Source: Barthelona sp. PCE (Eukaryota). Taken from it: DNA of 64,000 nucleotides. This document shows, piece by piece, positions 61,003 through 64,000 of this stretch. The translations under genes and the position numbers were made by a program. Position 1 is the stretch's first letter; each line of letters begins with the position of its first letter. The stretch is taken from the NCBI GenBank assembly GCA_040285745.1, contig JAUFOR010000001.1:1-64000 (forward strand). The letters are read 5' to 3'. The notes below the pieces were generated by a model, which saw only the letters and a program-made list of their open reading frames with translations, ran no database searches and was not told where the DNA came from.

Positions 61003-63909
61003 TCAACAAAGTAACAAAATCTTCTTTTCTACCGCTAAAGCGTTAACGGTTGACACAAAATTTGTGCATCTCGTAAATAACCCGCAATATCCACATTGCT
61101 GATCGCTTTCTTCTCCCGTGATCTCAACATAACTAAAGCAATGCGGACACATCATTGTCTTTTCCGACTCTTCCACGTATTTGTTCCTCGTCTGCATCGT
61201 CTCACCGTCCATACTGAGCAGCTGCTTCAAAATCTTGTGCTCGGAGGGCATCACTAATGATATCTGACGACGAATGTGATGCCGAATCAGTGACGTGTCA
61301 ACTGGAAGAATTAACACCCGCTTTGTGACGTCAACTCGCGGTTTGTCGTATGCTGAATGTACTTTCACGTGGTAATCACTCAGGTTCGACAACCCAGAGA
61401 GCCAATACTTAAAGCAATTTAAATCTGACAGTGAGAATTCAGCAATAATGTCCTCCAGCAAATGTGCGTGCTCACCCCTATGCATAGAAGATTCGAAAAC
61501 AAGACCTGATAGCACAGACAACTCTGAATACTTAGATAATCCTCCCAGTAAGAATACTGCCTCTGAAATACGCAATTCTTGAACGTTATTCCACAATGGA
61601 TAGCTGTAGAAGGCATCGTGTAGAGTATTAACAAAAACTTCGGTGTCTTCCAATGTTCTTATTATAAACACCCTTTCAAACTCGTCGTAATTAGTACCTG
61701 TGACCTTTCGACAGCTCTTACCCACAACTTCAAAATCTAAATTGCCAGCAAGAAATGTATTGGTCATATCTGAGAACTCACGGTAAAATGCCCATGAAAA
61801 AACAGAAGGCTTCGACAAATGACTGCGTTGATCGGAAAGTGCAGCAAAAACAATGTGCGGCAGCATATCTTCGCCCAACGACACACCTTGAATAAGACAC
61901 ATGTAGATGAAACCTGCAAACGCAACAACGTCATTTGGATCGCAACCCGGAACAATACATCGCCTAACAATACGATTGAGATCCTGGTTATTGATAAGGT
62001 ATCGAACGTAATCAGCGAATGAGACGAATCGATTATGGAGATACACCTGAATACCATATGCTTGTGAATCACCGGATACATGTAGCAAAGCTGTCACATC
62101 ACTGAAAAAATCTAAAAACTTCTCTTCGAATTCACTAACGGAGTGTGCAAAATTATATAAAGGAAGACGGTAGGCCATACCATTTTCCTGTACCTTCTTA
62201 CGTTCTGCTGAAAAACGTGTCATAGCAAGCCCAAAGCGTGTGCTGAAAAATTTGTCACGAGCAAAGTAAGGAGATTCTATTAATGAAGCAAGAGGAGGCC
62301 GAAGATCTTTGTCATCAGCAATCATTCGCCGAATCAGGTTAACTGGCGCTCTTTTGATGAGATGATGCTCCCCCAGCGGAAGATTCGGACTGCACTCAAC
62401 CGAGTACAGACGCATCAAAACATCACCGAGTTTTTGCACCAAGAAAGCCTGCTTTTCCTCATGTGAGCCAATGAAAGGAAGCATCTTTTCGAAAGGCACC
62501 AGCCGCGGCAAGCCATGGGAATCAAGCACTGTATTTGTAGTATAGTTTTCAGATACGTAAGGGAATGTTTTAACCGACTCAAATAATGATGCTAGCTTAC
62601 GCGCAATTATGTGGCGCCGGTTCAGCCCGAAACTTAACAGACTTTCAGTGATGAATTTGTGCAAAGACACACACTCTTCATAAGTTACGATCGCTCGCAT
62701 ATCATCTCCCCATACAAACTGGACAGACTCCACGTCCAAAAACGCTGCACCCTCATATACATTGAGGTGATTGTCAACAGCGTCAACGATGGATGATGTG
62801 CTCCACAAAACTGTATGGAATTTTCCTCCAAAAATCATCGTGCCTGTATGAGATACATCGATTGAACACAGTGTCTGTGCAACATGTTTCGTCAAGGGTA
62901 CGCGCTGAATGATTCTGTCGATATTTGGCGCTTGAAAACTCTCTGCAATGGAAACAGCCCTGACCAGCAAAAAAATACGATCATAAAAAGTCGATACTGT
63001 ATCCAAACAGAGTGAGATGCAGCTAGATACAAATCCACGATGATACCACATCGCATGGCGCTCAAAAATGCATTTTTTCCGATCAATCTCAATTTTTAAC
63101 TCGTCTAACACTCCTGCATCCAGTGTTTCTGAGCCGAATCTAGATATAATCGTTTCTCTTTGCTCGTCCAGTCTGTTGCTGATGGTTTTTGATATCAATG
63201 CAAACTCCTCACAATCTCTCAGAACATAAATCATTCGATTGAGCTGCAAATCAGACAAATTACATCGGTGCCATGCCCTACAGGCATCATATAGCGGAGA
63301 AAGCTTCTCAACCAACTGACTGCGCAATTTGTAGCGCTGCGACTCGCAAGCTGGACCTACAATGTTATCAAGAGAGTCGGCCAAAACTGTTGACAAATGG
63401 CATATGTGATCACAGCCGAACTTGGCTGCAACTACATTCAACTGACTACGGAACGATACTATACTGTCCAAAACATCCAGTGTGTCTCCGATTTCGCTTT
63501 CTATATGAATCATCTCTGATGGGCTTGATGGTAACACAAACTCAGCGGGAGCCATCCCACTCACCTCCCGCATACAGTTCTCTACAGTGTCAAAAAAGCG
63601 CTGAATTGAGCTCTCGGTGGCATTCTTCTCGGCTGCTGTAAACACAGATTCACATAACTGATGATAGATCTCATTGATCTGCCTTGCCCTTGTTTCGTAT
63701 GTGCTGCGACCCTGCTCGATGGCTGTGTGTATAGAACTAGTGTCAAAAAAAGATTGAATCTTTCTAATCGCCTCACTCCCCGTGAGCTCGAGATTGTCCA
63801 AATGATGCAAACGCTCCACAAATGTGTCTGTGACAAACTCTCGCTTCTCTGCTTCGTACCATACCCTTGAATCACTGTCGAATGTAAAAGGAATGAATGA
63901 AAACGCCAA
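61003..63909 (-). CDS. 968-aa protein with putative degenerate kinase-like and HECT-like regions and a C-terminal Cys4 zinc finger
   Basis: Long ORF. LIRRMIADDKDLRPPLASLIESPYF (kinase subdomain XI-like); KVTGTNYDEF, LKYWLSG-like segment FKYWLSG and PRVDVTKRVLILP (HECT-like); CPHC...CGYC. Domain calls are tentative. Confidence 0.55.
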   Translation of the reverse strand: MAFSFIPFTFDSDSRVWYEAEKREFVTDTFVERLHHLDNLELTGSEAIRKIQSFFDTSSIHTAIEQGRSTYETRARQINEIYHQLCESVFTAAEKNATESSIQRFFDTVENCMREVSGMAPAEFVLPSSPSEMIHIESEIGDTLDVLDSIVSFRSQLNVVAAKFGCDHICHLSTVLADSLDNIVGPACESQRYKLRSQLVEKLSPLYDACRAWHRCNLSDLQLNRMIYVLRDCEEFALISKTISNRLDEQRETIISRFGSETLDAGVLDELKIEIDRKKCIFERHAMWYHRGFVSSCISLCLDTVSTFYDRIFLLVRAVSIAESFQAPNIDRIIQRVPLTKHVAQTLCSIDVSHTGTMIFGGKFHTVLWSTSSIVDAVDNHLNVYEGAAFLDVESVQFVWGDDMRAIVTYEECVSLHKFITESLLSFGLNRRHIIARKLASLFESVKTFPYVSENYTTNTVLDSHGLPRLVPFEKMLPFIGSHEEKQAFLVQKLGDVLMRLYSVECSPNLPLGEHHLIKRAPVNLIRRMIADDKDLRPPLASLIESPYFARDKFFSTRFGLAMTRFSAERKKVQENGMAYRLPLYNFAHSVSEFEEKFLDFFSDVTALLHVSGDSQAYGIQVYLHNRFVSFADYVRYLINNQDLNRIVRRCIVPGCDPNDVVAFAGFIYMCLIQGVSLGEDMLPHIVFAALSDQRSHLSKPSVFSWAFYREFSDMTNTFLAGNLDFEVVGKSCRKVTGTNYDEFERVFIIRTLEDTEVFVNTLHDAFYSYPLWNNVQELRISEAVFLLGGLSKYSELSVLSGLVFESSMHRGEHAHLLEDIIAEFSLSDLNCFKYWLSGLSNLSDYHVKVHSAYDKPRVDVTKRVLILPVDTSLIRHHIRRQISLVMPSEHKILKQLLSMDGETMQTRNKYVEESEKTMMCPHCFSYVEITGEESDQQCGYCGLFTRCTNFVSTVNALAVEKKILLLC

Positions 63910-64000
63910 TATATCGTTGCGTAATGACGCATCGAAAAAGCTTGGGATATCTAGTGTATTGACATACTCACAACGATGAAAGCAGTGGACGCTGGGGCAG

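Noticed and set aside
1-64000. tRNA, rRNA or CRISPR arrays
   Set aside because: None recognised by eye; tRNAscan-SE and Infernal would be needed to exclude small RNAs.

Overview
Gene-dense, AT-rich window from a unicellular eukaryote. Evidence: Rpt6, MSH6, GRP94, HAUS6-like, CCDC81-like and SERCA genes, very short intergenic spacers, and three short GT-AG introns with a fused branch point/3' splice site (CTAANNTTTAG) reminiscent of metamonads; the taxon is an inference. The standout feature is a complete, apparently very young 6,083-bp tyrosine-recombinase (DIRS-order) retrotransposon at 46632-52714. It has identical split direct repeats in A1-[ORFs]-B1-A2-B2 order. Its reverse transcriptase, RNase H, a degenerate methyltransferase-like region and the tyrosine recombinase all lie in ONE uninterrupted ~1270-aa ORF, preceded by a gag-like ORF and a small coiled-coil ORF in a different frame. 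It sits without target-site duplication inside a host gene: removing it restores a 689-aa ORF paralogous to 66..1919. Its 3' end folds by eye into an extensive RNA structure. Other oddities include a SERCA pump with DKTQT instead of DKTGT, a putative pseudokinase/pseudo-HECT fusion, a bacterial-like DUF6119-type protein and a frameshift-split gene. All domain calls come from motif recognition by eye; no searches were run.
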